A DNA stretch of 64,000 nucleotides. It comes from Lama glama (lineage: Eukaryota). Both the position numbers and the translations under genes were made by a program. Below are positions 63,865-64,000 of the stretch, in pieces; within the stretch, counting starts at the first letter, position 1, and every line of letters starts with the position of its first letter. Under the pieces are notes generated by a model, which worked only from the letters and a program-made list of their open reading frames with translations, made no database searches and was not told the origin of the DNA. The DNA lies in assembly GCA_028534125.1 (NCBI GenBank), contig CM052816.1, positions 99,636,001 to 99,700,000 on the forward strand, in the 5' to 3' direction.

Positions 63865-63894
<30 letters not shown>
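63865..63894. repeat. (AC)n microsatellite
   Basis: Read directly. Confidence 0.97.
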
Positions 63895-64000
63895 TCCTGA
63901 AGAGGCAAAGAACTTTGGTTCCCCACTCTCCACTTCTTTTGATAGTCAGTCTTCCAGGAATGATTTCTAACCTGAAATTCATCAGTCCATCTGATTTCCC

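Noticed and set aside
1..64000. Assignment to a specific locus or neighbouring gene
   Set aside because: The composition resembles subtelomeric developmental gene deserts, but no exon was recognised, so naming a gene would be a guess.

Overview
Mammalian non-coding genomic DNA with one 100-N assembly gap. It is most likely camelid: it carries cetartiodactyl-type L1 3' UTRs, and I recognised no Alu, Bov-A/Bov-tA, CHR, PRE1, Can or ERE SINEs. I could not recognise any protein-coding exon or RNA gene. The listed ORFs are either chance ORFs in GC-rich DNA or decayed L1 ORF2 fragments. The first ~44 kb is GC- and CpG-rich, resembling subtelomeric DNA. It contains old repeats drifted toward G/C and repeat-free AT-rich islands rich in SOX, POU, FOX, homeodomain and TALE motifs, which are candidate developmental enhancers. 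A small promoter-like CpG cluster lies at ~43.5-43.9 kb, after which the sequence becomes AT-rich and, from ~50.5 to 59.7 kb, is largely a stack of nested L1s. The most distinctive structures are: (1) an 83-bp insertion inside an L1 3' UTR that is an inverted copy of unique DNA 1.2 kb downstream; (2) a twin-primed L1 that also has a palindrome-filled deletion junction; (3) two further 5'-inverted L1s; (4) a probable ERV LTR nested in an MLT2 LTR; and (5) signs of GC-biased gene conversion. I found no evidence for a new multi-gene system. Repeat family names come from recalled consensus sequences, not from a search, and repeat boundaries are approximate.
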